From: Candidatus Multivoradales bacterium
Lineage (GTDB): Bacteria; Acidobacteriota; Thermoanaerobaculia; Multivoradales; Multivoraceae
Length of the DNA: 64,000 nucleotides
Direction of reading: 5' to 3'
Assembly: GCA_965223325.1 (NCBI GenBank)
Contig: CBDCWI010000002.1
Span: forward strand, 2,304,001-2,368,000
Shown piece by piece: positions 39,801-50,274 of this stretch. Both the position numbers and the translations under genes were made by a program. Position 1 is the first letter of the stretch. Each line of letters opens with the position of its first letter. The notes under the pieces were generated by a model. It did no database searches. It had not been told where the DNA came from and saw only the letters and a program-made list of their open reading frames with translations.

Positions 39801-41393
39801 TCAACTCGAACCAGGGCGCCGGATCGCTGTGAACCCTATCGCACCGAGGAGCACCAGAACGGCGATGCCGGGGACCAACCACGGCAGTCGTACGAACGGT
39901 GTCAGGCCCTCGCGCCCGGCAATCGGCGCCCGCAGAACACCGCGCTCGCCGACGCCGAGCTCGGCGGCAATCCGGCCGCGCGAATCGATCACCGCCGAAA
40001 CGCCGGTCAGGGCCGCCCGCAGGAGAGGACGACCATTCTCCGCAGCACGAAACTGTGCCGCCCGCAGGTGTTGCCGCGGAGCGAAGGTATCGCCGTACCA
40101 GGCGTCGTTGGTGATGGTGGCGAGAATCGTGGCACCAGAACGCGTTCGCTCCACGACCTCGGTCGGAAAGACGATTTCGAAGCAGATCGACATTCCGATC
40201 CGCGCGTCACCCCAGGGCAGGAGTGCGAGCTCCGTTCCCGGAGAAAAGTCTCCGGCCTCACGCGCCAGGCCCGAGATGAACGGCAGTAGATCGCCGAGCG
40301 GAACGTACTCGCCGAACGGCACCAGGTGCAGCTTCTCGTACCGCCCGCGCACACCGTTCTCGTCGATGGCAAACGCCGCGTTGCGCACGACTTCTTCATC
40401 CTGCCAGGCGGCGCTGTTGAAGATCGCCCAGCAACCGCCAGACACCGCATCGAGCAGGTTGCGGCGAACGACGGTGAACGTCTCCCAGCCGTAGGGGTAG
40501 AGCGCACTTTCAGGCAGGAGGAGGAGTGCACCGGGTTGGTCACAGAGCGGTTCGAGCTGCGCGATCAAGTTCTGGTAGTCCTTTTGACTTGCGACCTCGT
40601 TGAAGACCGGGCGAACGGGAATGTTTGGCTGGACAACGCGCACCGGGCCGCTCTCGCCAACCTGTCGCGTGCCGTTGTCGAGCCGCGAGGTGACGAAGAT
40701 CAAAGCCGCGACTGCAGTAACGACGCCCAACACTGCGGTCTGCACGCGGCGAACGGAATCCAACGCCTCCAGCCTCCAGGCGAGCCACAAGAACGCCAAC
40801 GCACCATTGACCGCCACCACGCACCACGAAAGACCCCAGCTGCCGATGAAAGCCGTCGCTTCCAGTGCACCCGGAACCGACACCGCACCGTAGGCGGCGA
40901 GATTCCAGGGAAAGCCACTGAACATGTACTGGCGCACGATCTCGAGGACGACCCAGAGGGCGGGCAGGGCGAGGATCACCATACTCAGCTGTGCGCTGAA
41001 GACGCTTGCTTTTGCGCTGGCGCTCCTCGCCAACCGGCGCGCGAGGGCATTGCCAAAGCCGGCGAAGAAAGCGTGGTAGCTCCCCAAATAGAGCCCCAGG
41101 ACCAGCACCAACAGCACGCCCACGACGACCGGCAGCCCGCCGTAGGTCACCAGGAAGCGGTACATCCACGACACCGAGACCAGCCAGGCGACCGCACCGT
41201 GCAACCAACCGAGTAGGAAGGCGCGCCGAGCCGAGACCCCGGAATCGAGCACTAAGACGACCAGCGGACTCAGTCCCACCCACACCAGGAACGGGTCTGG
41301 GTGCGACCGGAAGACCAACCCCCACAGGGCACCGAACAGCGCCATGATCAAAGGGAGCGCCACACCGCGCCTCTGTATGGGGCGAACCTTCAC
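39801..41393 (-). CDS. lnt: Apolipoprotein N-acyltransferase
   Basis: GFPW, VQPN, PES, KLHLVPFGEYVP, ICFE and TNDAWYG motifs. Start uncertain (41393 or 41432). Confidence 0.93.
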   Translation of the reverse strand: MKVRPIQRRGVALPLIMALFGALWGLVFRSHPDPFLVWVGLSPLVVLVLDSGVSARRAFLLGWLHGAVAWLVSVSWMYRFLVTYGGLPVVVGVLLVLVLGLYLGSYHAFFAGFGNALARRLARSASAKASVFSAQLSMVILALPALWVVLEIVRQYMFSGFPWNLAAYGAVSVPGALEATAFIGSWGLSWCVVAVNGALAFLWLAWRLEALDSVRRVQTAVLGVVTAVAALIFVTSRLDNGTRQVGESGPVRVVQPNIPVRPVFNEVASQKDYQNLIAQLEPLCDQPGALLLLPESALYPYGWETFTVVRRNLLDAVSGGCWAIFNSAAWQDEEVVRNAAFAIDENGVRGRYEKLHLVPFGEYVPLGDLLPFISGLAREAGDFSPGTELALLPWGDARIGMSICFEIVFPTEVVERTRSGATILATITNDAWYGDTFAPRQHLRAAQFRAAENGRPLLRAALTGVSAVIDSRGRIAAELGVGERGVLRAPIAGREGLTPFVRLPWLVPGIAVLVLLGAIGFTAIRRPGSS

Positions 41394-41441
41394 ACCGTCA
41401 CCCCAACGACTCGGAGCCGCTGCGGCGCCCACGGCGCCAGG

Positions 41442-42083
41442 TCATGGAGTGCGTGCGGTGATCCAGGTATCGAGGCGGTAGCCCTGACGAATCCTGGTGG
41501 CCTCACGATCGGCCACGTCGCGCTCGTCGAACGGGCCGACCCGCACGCGGTACATCGTACGACCGTCGACTTCGACGGGTGACAGGAAGGCGTTGAACCC
41601 GCCACCGCGCAGCCGGTCGACGACCGACTCCGCTTGCGGGGCGTCCTGGCTCGAGAAGACCTGGATGATCCACGGCCCCGTCGACGCGTCGTCGCTGGCC
41701 GACGCCGTTGCAGCGGGCGGACTCGCCGCCGGTTGGGCCGCCGGAGCCGTCGTCGTAGTGGAGGTCGCGGGGGCCGGTGCCGGCACGCTGGTGGTAGCGC
41801 GCGCCGGGGTAGATGGCTGACTGGCAGGCTGCGAGGCCGGCTCGGCGGCACCAGCGTTGTCACGCTCGCCATCCTCACCGAAGAACTCGAACGGATCTCC
41901 GCCGCCCTCGAGGCTCTCGTCGACCGAAGCATTGACCGCTGTTGGAGCGTCTGTCTGACGACCGAACCAGACTCCCGAAAGGAATGCCCCCACAAGGGCA
42001 GCGAGCGTCACGAAGAACACCAACAGAACCTGGCGGTTCGTCAGCGCAATCTCGTACCAGAGCCCCTCGTCCTGTTCACTCAT
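41442..42083 (-). CDS. SPOR-domain cell division protein
   Basis: Single TM helix, Pro/Ala/Thr linker, C-terminal IQVFS...YRVRVGPF. Confidence 0.88.
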   Translation of the reverse strand: MSEQDEGLWYEIALTNRQVLLVFFVTLAALVGAFLSGVWFGRQTDAPTAVNASVDESLEGGGDPFEFFGEDGERDNAGAAEPASQPASQPSTPARATTSVPAPAPATSTTTTAPAAQPAASPPAATASASDDASTGPWIIQVFSSQDAPQAESVVDRLRGGGFNAFLSPVEVDGRTMYRVRVGPFDERDVADREATRIRQGYRLDTWITARTP

Positions 42084-42125
42084 GTTCTTCGCACGTGCTG
42101 TTCATCGATGGTGCGCGCTCCAACC

Positions 42126-42893
42126 TCAGCTTTGACCGCTCTTGCCGCGCTGGAACGCCTCCAGCAGGTCGATCGGCAGCGGGAAGAGGATCGTCGAGTT
42201 TCGTTCGGTCGCAATCTCGGCGAGCGTCTGCAGGTAGCGTAGCTGCAAGGTGGTGGGGTTGAGGCTCATCGCGTCAGCCGCCGCTGCCAGGGCCTGTGAA
42301 GCCTGCTGCTCACCGTCGGCATGAATGATCTTGGCGCGCTTCTCACGCTCGGCTTCGGCCTGCTTGGCCATTGCGCGCAGCATCTCCTGCGGAAGATCGG
42401 CGCTCTTGACCTCGACCATCGAGACCTTGATGCCCCAGGGGTCGGTCTGCTGGTCGATGACTTCCTGCAGCTGGTCGTTGAGGCGCTCGCGATCGGAGAG
42501 CAGCTCATCGAGCTCCGCCTGGCCGAGAATGGCGCGCAGAGTCGTCTGGGCGAGCTGACTGGTGGCGTAGAGGTAGTTCTCGACCTCGACGACCGCTTTG
42601 TTCGGGTCGACGACGCGGAAGTAGACCACCGCATTGACCTTCACCGACACATTGTCGCGCGTGATGACGTCCTGCGGCGGCACATCCAGAACGACGGTGC
42701 GGAGCGACACACGCACCAGACGATCGAGCGGCCAGAAGACGAACACCAGCCCCGGACCCTTGACGTCCTCGAGCAGGCGGCCGAGCCGGAAGACGACGGC
42801 GCGTTCGTACTCGGGAAGTACCTGAATCCAGCGGCTGAGAAAAATCAGGCCGCCAACAAAGAGCGCCATGATGAACGGCAAGAAGGCTGTCAT
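42126..42893 (-). CDS. Slipin/SPFH (stomatin-like) protein
   Basis: [26 protein letters not shown] and QAEAERE.RAK motifs. Confidence 0.94.
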   Translation of the reverse strand: MTAFLPFIMALFVGGLIFLSRWIQVLPEYERAVVFRLGRLLEDVKGPGLVFVFWPLDRLVRVSLRTVVLDVPPQDVITRDNVSVKVNAVVYFRVVDPNKAVVEVENYLYATSQLAQTTLRAILGQAELDELLSDRERLNDQLQEVIDQQTDPWGIKVSMVEVKSADLPQEMLRAMAKQAEAEREKRAKIIHADGEQQASQALAAAADAMSLNPTTLQLRYLQTLAEIATERNSTILFPLPIDLLEAFQRGKSGQS

Positions 42894-42958
42894 TTCATTC
42901 TCCTGGTTCGAAAAAGAGCTTGGCCGGGACCTAGACCGTCGCTGCCGTACTGTCGGGA

Positions 42959-44380
42959 TCAACAGGCGGTAGACTCGACGCCCACCGCGCGCACGCGCAG
43001 CATGAGACCGTCGACGGCGATGACCTCTACCATCTGCCCGGCTGTGATCGGGGCGTCGGAGATGACGTTCCAGAGTTCTCCGTGAACCATCACTTTACCC
43101 CGCGGCGCAATGTCGGTTCGCGCTTCACCGCGCTTGCCCACCAGGCCTTCCTCGCCAGTTACCACGCGCCGGCGAAAGGCGCCGAATGCAAGCCGGCCGA
43201 GGAACACAACGAGGATCAAAGAAATCAGCGTCACCGCCGCGATCAGCCCGCGGCTGACCTGAAGAGCAGGATCGGCAGAGCGAAACAGGAGCAACGAACC
43301 AAGAACCATCGACACCAGCCCTCCCACGGTCAACATGCCGAAACTCTGTACTTTGATCTCGAGCACGAAGAGTATGACCGCCAGCCCGATCAGGCCGACC
43401 GCCGCCCAGTTGGTTGGCAGGACCGAAAGCGCGTAGAAACCGAGCAACAGGCAAAGCACACCCACCGCGCCGGGAAAGATCGACCCCGGGTTGGAGATTT
43501 CGGCGTAGATGCCGATCCAACCGATGCCGAGCAACAGGTAGGCGATGTTGGGGTCGGCGAGGACTCCGATGGCGCGCTGGAAAGGCGACAGTTCGCGGCG
43601 GCGTATCGATGCACGTGCCGTTTCAAGCGTGAGTACCTCGTCGTCGCGGGTGACCGTTTGCCCGTCGATGTCCTGGAGCAGGCTCTGTAGGTTGGGCGAG
43701 ACGAAATCGACCAGGCCATTCTCGAGCGCCTCGCTGGCGGTCCATGAACGACTCTCGAGTACCGCAGCCTCGGCCAGTGCCAGATCGCGGCCATTGCGCT
43801 CGGCGAGCGAACGAACGTAGGCCGCGGTGTCCTGCTCGACCTTCTCGCCCATCGACCCTTCGATGTCTTCGCCCTGGCCGCCGACCGGGTGCGCCGCGCC
43901 GGTGTTGCTACCCGGTGCCATCGCCGCAACATCAGCCGACATCAGCAGGATGAACCCGGCCGACGCCGCCTGGGCACCCGCGGGGCTTATGAAGATCACC
44001 ACTGGCGTCCTCGACTCGAGGATTGCGCTGGTCATCTTGCGGGTCGAGTTCAGTGCTCCACCAGGGGTCTCGAGCTCGATCACTAGCGCCTCGGCGCCCG
44101 CGGCGTCAGCATCTTCGATCGCCTCGAGCAGGAACTCTTCGGCGACCCGATGAATCGGCGAAGCGATGCGAATGACCACGACCTCGCCCACCGCCTGCCC
44201 GTCGCTGGGAGCACCGACAGCCCGATCGGTCGTACCGCTGCCTTCGGCCTCTCCTTCGGCCAGGACGATGCCGCTCACCCTTGGCGAAGAAACCAACAGC
44301 ATCACGAACACCACCAGCGCCAGTGCACCAGAAAGTGCCCGCACGTCGACTCCCAGAAGGTAGCGGCGAAGGCGAATCAC
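42959..44380 (-). CDS. nfeD: NfeD membrane-bound serine protease (STOPP)
   Basis: LETPGG, AASAG and TGAAHPV motifs, TM region, C-terminal OB fold (GELWN); adjacent to the slipin gene. Confidence 0.92.
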   Translation of the reverse strand: MIRLRRYLLGVDVRALSGALALVVFVMLLVSSPRVSGIVLAEGEAEGSGTTDRAVGAPSDGQAVGEVVVIRIASPIHRVAEEFLLEAIEDADAAGAEALVIELETPGGALNSTRKMTSAILESRTPVVIFISPAGAQAASAGFILLMSADVAAMAPGSNTGAAHPVGGQGEDIEGSMGEKVEQDTAAYVRSLAERNGRDLALAEAAVLESRSWTASEALENGLVDFVSPNLQSLLQDIDGQTVTRDDEVLTLETARASIRRRELSPFQRAIGVLADPNIAYLLLGIGWIGIYAEISNPGSIFPGAVGVLCLLLGFYALSVLPTNWAAVGLIGLAVILFVLEIKVQSFGMLTVGGLVSMVLGSLLLFRSADPALQVSRGLIAAVTLISLILVVFLGRLAFGAFRRRVVTGEEGLVGKRGEARTDIAPRGKVMVHGELWNVISDAPITAGQMVEVIAVDGLMLRVRAVGVESTAC

Positions 44381-45150
44381 GGCAGCTTCACATCTTCCGG
44401 ACTCTCGAAGACCGTGCGCGGGACGTCGTCCCACACCTTGATGTCGGCGATGGCAGTTGCAAAGCGACCCTCGGTGCCACGGCTGCCCGAAATTTTGACG
44501 TTCTTGTATTGCTTCCACTCAGCCCAGGGCGTCTTGAACTGCGGCGCCTCGTCGGCAGCGGTCGGAAAGTAGGCCCACTGCTCGACCAGGCCGCTCTCGC
44601 GCCCGACCCACACGTGGTACTTGTTCTGCGGGGTCACGCCGACACCCTTGAAGGTCATCTGAATCATGTCGGCGGCACTGCCTTCGTCGGTCTCTCCTTC
44701 GCCGACATACTTGAGGGTCACCCCCGAGTCCTTGAGCTTGTAGGGCATGACCAGCCAGTAGGAGTCATTGACCCAGGCCTCGTAGCCGTCCTTGAGGGCC
44801 TTGGCGAGCTCGTCACCCTCGAGGGCGGTACCGTTGTTCCAGGCGCGCCCCTCCTTCGTGTTGATGTTCATCAACACCAGACGCGGTCCCTGCTGAAAGC
44901 GAATGTCGCCGGTGTAGCGGTCCCAGACGTGGTCGCGAACACCGAAGAAGCGCCAGCCGATGTAACGCGTGCGATCCCAGGCATCGCGACCTCCCATCGC
45001 CTCCATCACGCGGTCGGCAAGCTCGATCGCCTGGGCATCAGACCCCTCGACGTCGAACCCGGGCGCCGGCGGGTTGTCCATCGCGCTTGCCGCACCAGCT
45101 GCGAAAGCGATTCCAAAACAAAGAGCTGCTATGCCTAGAAGTCGATTCAT
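44377..45150 (-). CDS. Secreted conserved hypothetical protein
   Basis: Signal peptide; MGG..AW, WVNDSYWLVMPYKL.D.GV and GVGVTPQNKY motifs. Confidence 0.75.
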   Translation of the reverse strand: MNRLLGIAALCFGIAFAAGAASAMDNPPAPGFDVEGSDAQAIELADRVMEAMGGRDAWDRTRYIGWRFFGVRDHVWDRYTGDIRFQQGPRLVLMNINTKEGRAWNNGTALEGDELAKALKDGYEAWVNDSYWLVMPYKLKDSGVTLKYVGEGETDEGSAADMIQMTFKGVGVTPQNKYHVWVGRESGLVEQWAYFPTAADEAPQFKTPWAEWKQYKNVKISGSRGTEGRFATAIADIKVWDDVPRTVFESPEDVKLP

Positions 45151-45246
45151 TGTGGTCTCCTGCCCACCGGCCACACTCGCCGCTGGAAAGGAGGGCGCTG
45201 TGGTCCGAGAGAAGCGGTCACTCGAGGAACGTGGCCCCAGTCTAGT

Positions 45247-47678
45247 TCACTGCCCAGGTGTCTTGACGTAGAAGAGCGTTTCCTGACCAGCCTCGAGGCG
45301 GCGCTCGCGAAACTGCATGCCAAGCCGTTCCATCACCGCAACCGACGCCACATTCGGGGCATCGGTAGCGGCAACGATCTCCCGCAGCTCCGCGAGCTCG
45401 AAGCCGAACGCGATCGCGGCTCGCGCCGCCTCGGTGGCATAACCACAACCCCAGGTTCGCGGGTCGAGGCCCCAGATCAGTTGCAGCTCGGGCGGCTCGA
45501 AGAAGTAGGCGAAGCCGACGAAACCGATCACCTCAGCCGGCGCGTCAATGAGGCGGATCGTCCACTGGCCGAGCCCATCGCTCGCCCACAGTTCCAGAGA
45601 CGCCCGCACCGCCTCCGCGACCTGCTCACGACTCCAGATCTCATCGTCGAAGAGGTACTTGCGTACTTCGGGTAGGCCCCAGAGCGCCTGCAGCGTGTCG
45701 ATGTCGGACGCGTCGTAGGGAACCAACTGATCGCGGTAGGAGCGCCGGTTGCCCGGCGCCCCCCGCACAGATCCCAGCGTGCACTGCTAATGCACTGGGC
45801 TCCTGCCTCAGGTATTGACGACAAGTCGCTCATCAGGCCAGGGATGTTGGACTCGGGCTTTGGGTAGGTAGTGGGCCACCAGGGCCCACATCCGTTTCCA
45901 GGACGTGCGGTCTTTGTCACTGCGTCGGCGCAGAGCGCGCATCCAGTGCCGAATGACCTCCTGTCGAAAGGCGTTCAACGCCGCTGAGTTGCCGGGTACG
46001 CCGTAGTAGGCATTGAAGCCTCGCACCACGGATCCCAGCCAGAGACCTTGCTCTGGTAGCGGCGAGTGTCGGTGTCCCAGAAGGGCCGTACCGACAGCCT
46101 TCAGTGTCCTGCGGATTCGGTGGCGGCTCGTGATGCGCTTCAGCAAGAACCTCCCTCGACTAGACTGCGCACAGCAGTGCGTAAAGCCTAGAAACTCGAA
46201 GGTCTCCGGCCGCCCGAGACCTCGCGCGCGTCGGTTGTAGGCCGCAAAGCGGCCAAACTCCAGCAGGCGCGTCTTCTCGGGTTGGATCTCCAACGAGAAG
46301 TCACGGAGTCGCAGGTTCAGTTCCTCGAGGAATCGTTCTGCCTCCTCCTGCCTCTCAAATCCAACGATGAAGTCATCCGCGTAGCGCACGAAGATCATGT
46401 CCCCAAGCGCGTTGCGTTTCCTCCACTGCTGGACCCAGAGATCGAGCACGTAGTGCAGGTACACGTTCCCGAGGAGAGGCGAAATCGTCGCCCCCTGAGG
46501 AGTCCCCCGCGTGCTCGCGTGCCACTTACCGTCTTCCATCACTCCGGACCTCAGCCATTTCTGGATGAGGCGAAGGATCCTACGGTCTCCGATACGGTGC
46601 TCGAGAAACTTCACCAGCCACTCGTGGTCCAGGGCATCGAAGAACCCACGAATGTCTGCGTCGAGCACCCAGTTCACCTTCCGCTTTGTGATTCCAACGA
46701 ATAGCGCATCCAAAGCATCGTGCTGGCTGCGGCCTCGCCTGAATCCGTATGAGTACCCGAGAAAGTCTTCCTCGTAGATCGCATCCAACACCGAGACGAC
46801 GGCGCGCTGAAGGATCTTGTCCTCCAACGTGGCGATGCCAAGCGGTCGGAACCGCCCATCCGATTTCTCGATGTAGACGCGACGAGTCGCACTCGCCCGG
46901 TAGCTCCCACGGTGGACACGAGAGTGCAGGTCCTCGAGATTGCTCAGCAAAGATTCTGCGTACTCGCTCCATGACACTCCGTCCACTCCTGCCGCTGCGT
47001 CTCGGTGCAACACGTCAAATGCGCTCCGGAGTCGCTCGACCGTGATGTGGTGAAGAAGCGCTGTGAACTTCACTTCCTTGCCCCTGCGGGCGGCTTCTCG
47101 TACACGGCCCAGCGCATTGCTCGCACTCTCCATCCGGCTCTGTGTCCGGGGTGCGTTTTGCTTGCCCGTGTTCCCCTTGGCCAGGCCCCTTCCCTCCACC
47201 GCCTCCGCCGCTGGTCTCCCACCGTTGTTCGACGACTTCGCAGGTACTACGGGCCTGTCTGACTTCCGCCATCCGTGCGTCATCGGCTTACGGCCTCTAG
47301 CCTTCCCGATGCGGACCAGATACCCAACTGGCCAGATCGCGGATCTCCCGGTTCTCGCGCATGGAGATTCCACACATGCACAGGGTCTACGACCGCGGGG
47401 AGTCGCCGCAGAGCTCGCGATAGCGCGCTACGGAGTCTCGCCTTCCGCTTCGCTTGACAGCGTCGGCACTCCCAAATTCTTATTTCGCGGCTCAATACCC
47501 GGCCTGTGTGTGCCCCTGTCAACGCTTCACCGCACCCTCGCGGGAGCCGGCGCATGACTCGGGGACCCTCTGGGTCGCTACCCCTTCGAGGGTGGGACTC
47601 TCTCATTCCTTTCTCCATGCCGGTTTATCCCGGCGTATCCAAGCGCTCGGTGCTCAGGCTGCCCTCACTCGGGATCAA
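45247..47678 (-). CDS. RimJ/RimL-type GNAT acetyltransferase split by a group II intron: join(47678..47640, 45729..45247)
   Basis: 5' exon (M)IPSEGSLSTERL joins in frame to QLVPYDASD..., restoring the TERLxLxP motif; WGCGYATEAA and N.AS..V.ERLGM motifs in the 3' exon. Confidence 0.8.
45730..47639 (-). mobile_element. Group II intron (~1.9 kb, IIB-like)
   Basis: Domain V GAGCCCAGTGCA...GCACGCTGGGATC, domain VI ending CCTACCGCGAT, 5' region CGCCGGGATAAACCGGCATGG, EBS1 loop (T)CAAGCG complementary to the 5' exon end CGCTTG(G). Boundaries are +/-1 nt. Confidence 0.9.
45808..47283 (-). CDS. ltrA: Group II intron reverse transcriptase/maturase (no endonuclease domain)
   Basis: RPLGI, SYGFR, DADIRGFFD, GTPQG, RYADD and FLGF motifs plus maturase X domain. 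Confidence 0.95.
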   Translation of the reverse strand: MTHGWRKSDRPVVPAKSSNNGGRPAAEAVEGRGLAKGNTGKQNAPRTQSRMESASNALGRVREAARRGKEVKFTALLHHITVERLRSAFDVLHRDAAAGVDGVSWSEYAESLLSNLEDLHSRVHRGSYRASATRRVYIEKSDGRFRPLGIATLEDKILQRAVVSVLDAIYEEDFLGYSYGFRRGRSQHDALDALFVGITKRKVNWVLDADIRGFFDALDHEWLVKFLEHRIGDRRILRLIQKWLRSGVMEDGKWHASTRGTPQGATISPLLGNVYLHYVLDLWVQQWRKRNALGDMIFVRYADDFIVGFERQEEAERFLEELNLRLRDFSLEIQPEKTRLLEFGRFAAYNRRARGLGRPETFEFLGFTHCCAQSSRGRFLLKRITSRHRIRRTLKAVGTALLGHRHSPLPEQGLWLGSVVRGFNAYYGVPGNSAALNAFRQEVIRHWMRALRRRSDKDRTSWKRMWALVAHYLPKARVQHPWPDERLVVNT

Positions 47679-48903
47679 AGCGGACGCTCTCCTCATGGAC
47701 GAGGTTCCCGGCCGGGTCGAAGACGCGCAGCATGACCTCGCGGTCGGCGTTTCTCGCGGCAAGAGACTCCAGCTCGGCCTCGGCGATGGCGAGCTCGAAA
47801 CGCCCGTCTGAAGCAAGTGGGATGGGGTTGCCATTGAACTCCAGGCGATAGCCATCGAACGTCAAGGGCACCGGCCGCTCGGGCGCTGGCCTCGCGGCCC
47901 TGGCGAAGTCACCATCCTGCCGTCTCTCGTCGCGTTGCCGAGACGAGCGCTCGGCGCGTACCTCCTCTGCCTCTGCGACGTCCTCTTTTGGCGTCTGCCG
48001 CAACAGCCCGATGATCCTTACTCCGGTTGCGAGTGCGCGGTCTTCGGGCGCCGCTTCGACCTCACCGCTCGTCGATTGCCGCAACGCATCCACCATGAAG
48101 GGCTCAAGCTCGTAGGTCATGTCATAGGTGACCTGCGGGCGCTCTCGAACAGCGGTGGCCAGCCGACCCACGCGTTCGCGTGGCGCAGGCGAAGATGGCG
48201 CCTCGGCAGAAGTAGCGGCGCTGGTTGGTGCGGGGGCTGCCGCCGGGCTCGGTGCCCGCGCATAATCTTCGCCGACCACACCGTCCTTGTGTTCGGAACC
48301 CTCCAGCGCGTCGGCTTCGACCGCCGCAGCTTGCGGCAATACCTTTCGCTTCGCCACCGCATCGCCCGTAGCCCCGGACGAGACCTTCAGGTCACCGACA
48401 ACGATGGCTTCGTCGGCAGGCTCGCTCGGCGGCGGCGCACTTCGGTCTGAGAACGAAACGCTCTCATCGGGGCGCACGTCCACCGTTTCCAGCTCGCTCG
48501 CATCATCCGATGAGACGGCTCCACCATCCGCAGCCTGGCTTTCTTCATCTCGGTCGAGCAGGCCAGCTTCGCCCTCAGCGACCTCCTGAGCAGCCACCAT
48601 CTCCTGTTCAGAGGGCGATGCCATGTCCGTCGCTCTCTCGAGACGCGCCGGGTCGAGGAGACCCGAGCGCGCCGCGATCCAGCCTGCGAAAGCCACCGCG
48701 ACCAACGAAGCGGCGAGCAACATCCAGGGCTGCACGCCCCCGCGCCGCGCCGGGTCCTCTTCCTCGCTCTCACCAACCGCAGCGCGCGGGAACCGATCGT
48801 CAGGGATCGCCTGCTCGAGCCGTGAGAGGAGTTCGGGACTCGGCCGCGTCTCCTGCTCGGGAACGGTGTTCCGCAGCTGCCTTTCGAGTTCTTGACGGTT
48901 CAT
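47665..48903 (-). CDS. Putative anti-sigma factor (single TM helix, low-complexity periplasmic region)
   Basis: Overlaps the ECF sigma stop (ATGA); W.LLAASL TM segment. Confidence 0.6.
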   Translation of the reverse strand: MNRQELERQLRNTVPEQETRPSPELLSRLEQAIPDDRFPRAAVGESEEEDPARRGGVQPWMLLAASLVAVAFAGWIAARSGLLDPARLERATDMASPSEQEMVAAQEVAEGEAGLLDRDEESQAADGGAVSSDDASELETVDVRPDESVSFSDRSAPPPSEPADEAIVVGDLKVSSGATGDAVAKRKVLPQAAAVEADALEGSEHKDGVVGEDYARAPSPAAAPAPTSAATSAEAPSSPAPRERVGRLATAVRERPQVTYDMTYELEPFMVDALRQSTSGEVEAAPEDRALATGVRIIGLLRQTPKEDVAEAEEVRAERSSRQRDERRQDGDFARAARPAPERPVPLTFDGYRLEFNGNPIPLASDGRFELAIAEAELESLAARNADREVMLRVFDPAGNLVHEESVRFDPE

Positions 48904-49529
48904 GGCCTGCTCTCCTGCCCGCTCACATCATCGTCTTCGAGGTCGGCGCCCAGCAACTTGTAGGCCCGTCGCAGGCGCTTGCGAATCGCAACTGCACTGA
49001 TTCCTTCGAGCTTCGCGATCTCAGCGGCACTCAAGCCGCCCCAGAAGCGGGCGGTCACGGTGTAGCGCAGATCTTCGGGCAGAGCGAGGACAGCGGAACG
49101 CAGCTGCTGGCGTTCCTGGTGCTCAATAGCACTCGTCACTTGCCCGGGCTCGCCGCTACGGAGCGACTCCGCCTCACCCTCCTCGAAAGATCGAGTGCGA
49201 GCGGGCCGCCGAATGTGGTTGAGAAATGTGTTGTAGGCGATGCGATAGAGCCAGGTCGACAGCTTGGCCCGACCGTCGAAGCTCGAAAGAGACCGCCACG
49301 CCCGGGCATAGGTGTCCTGCGTCAGGTCCTCAGCCAGGGCACGATCTCCACCCGTCAGCTTGACCAGCGAAGCAAAAACCAGCTCATAAGTCCGCCCCAC
49401 CAGTTCTTCCGCCGCTCGCCGATCTCCCGCCAGCAAGGCCGCGAGCAGCTCCTCCTCCGACGCACCAACGTCAGAAAGAAGCGCCGGCCCATGAGCAGGC
49501 GAGCTGGGGTCGTGTTGCTGCGCCGTCAT
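48900..49529 (-). CDS. ECF RNA polymerase sigma factor
   Basis: AEDLTQD, F.G.AKLSTWLYRIA.N and region 4 (SAAEIAKLEG..AIRKRL.RA) motifs. Confidence 0.9.
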   Translation of the reverse strand: MTAQQHDPSSPAHGPALLSDVGASEEELLAALLAGDRRAAEELVGRTYELVFASLVKLTGGDRALAEDLTQDTYARAWRSLSSFDGRAKLSTWLYRIAYNTFLNHIRRPARTRSFEEGEAESLRSGEPGQVTSAIEHQERQQLRSAVLALPEDLRYTVTARFWGGLSAAEIAKLEGISAVAIRKRLRRAYKLLGADLEDDDVSGQESRP

Positions 49530-49606
49530 CGGTATCACGAGGATAGGACACCCAGGCCCTGCAAAGCGAAACCATGGCCAAGCAGAAAGCAGGAATCTCG
49601 AAGCAG

Positions 49607-49795
49607 ACTCCGTGCGCCCCACAGAGTTCGTCCGCGAACGCTCCGGGCGCACTCCGTGCGCCCCACAGAGTTCGTCCGCGAACGCTCCGGGCGCACTCGG
49701 TGCGCCCCACAGAGTTCGTCCGCGAACGCTCCGGGCGCACTCGGTGCGCCCACAGAGTTCCTCTGCGAACGCTCCGAGCGCACTCCGTGCCCTAC
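49607..49795. repeat. REP-like tandem array, 44-bp unit, about 4.3 copies
   Basis: Unit ACTCCGTGCGCCCCACAGAGTTCGTCCGCGAACGCTCCGGGCGC; the minus strand reads GTGG/GTAG plus a GGCGCAC-GGA-GTGCGCC hairpin. Confidence 0.85.
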
Positions 49796-50274
49796 CCGCT
49801 ACCCTCGTACATCGCCGGTAGCTCACGAACTTCGCTGCTCAAAGCCAAGAACGGGTTTACGACCCGAACCGAACCATAGTGACGACCGTGCTCGAAGTCT
49901 TCTGAGATGATCTCGGGAATCCCACCGACCTCAGCATAGGCCCAAAGATGGGCATCGAACCAGGAGAGCTGGTACGCCGAGACTCCACGCAAGGCAAAGA
50001 TCAAGACCTCTTCATCGGGATAGACAACCGGGAACTGCCGCATCCAGTCTTCAGCGGCTAGCAAGGCAGCCTCGAGCGGCAGCAGAGGCTCATCGCCCAG
50101 GTCGGGACGGGGTCTGATGACCGCGGCAACGAACTCGAGAATCGCCTGATGAGGCAACAAAAGGTCACCCGACACGAGACCGCGCCGCAAGATGCTAGTC
50201 GCCACCTCCTGCTTCGCCGCATCTCGTGGGTCGTGACGATAGACGAGAATATTGGTGTCAATCAGACTCGCCAC
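49792..50274 (-). CDS. PIN-domain toxin
   Basis: LIDTNILVY, QAILEF, SWFDAHLWAYA, SEDF and VVNPF motifs. Confidence 0.9.
   Translation of the reverse strand: MASLIDTNILVYRHDPRDAAKQEVATSILRRGLVSGDLLLPHQAILEFVAAVIRPRPDLGDEPLLPLEAALLAAEDWMRQFPVVYPDEEVLIFALRGVSAYQLSWFDAHLWAYAEVGGIPEIISEDFEHGRHYGSVRVVNPFLALSSEVRELPAMYEGSG

Noticed and set aside
45730-45768. GNAT start at 45768 as given in the ORF track
   Set aside because: These codons are intron domain V/VI sequence; the real N-terminus lies beyond the intron at 47678-47640.
45808-47283. RT as a retron, DGR or defence RT
   Set aside because: It has a maturase domain and is embedded in recognisable group II intron domains V/VI with EBS1-IBS1 pairing.
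49607-49795. Possible CRISPR array
   Set aside because: The units are contiguous and near-identical with no unique spacers, and there are no cas genes; it fits a REP-type tandem repeat.
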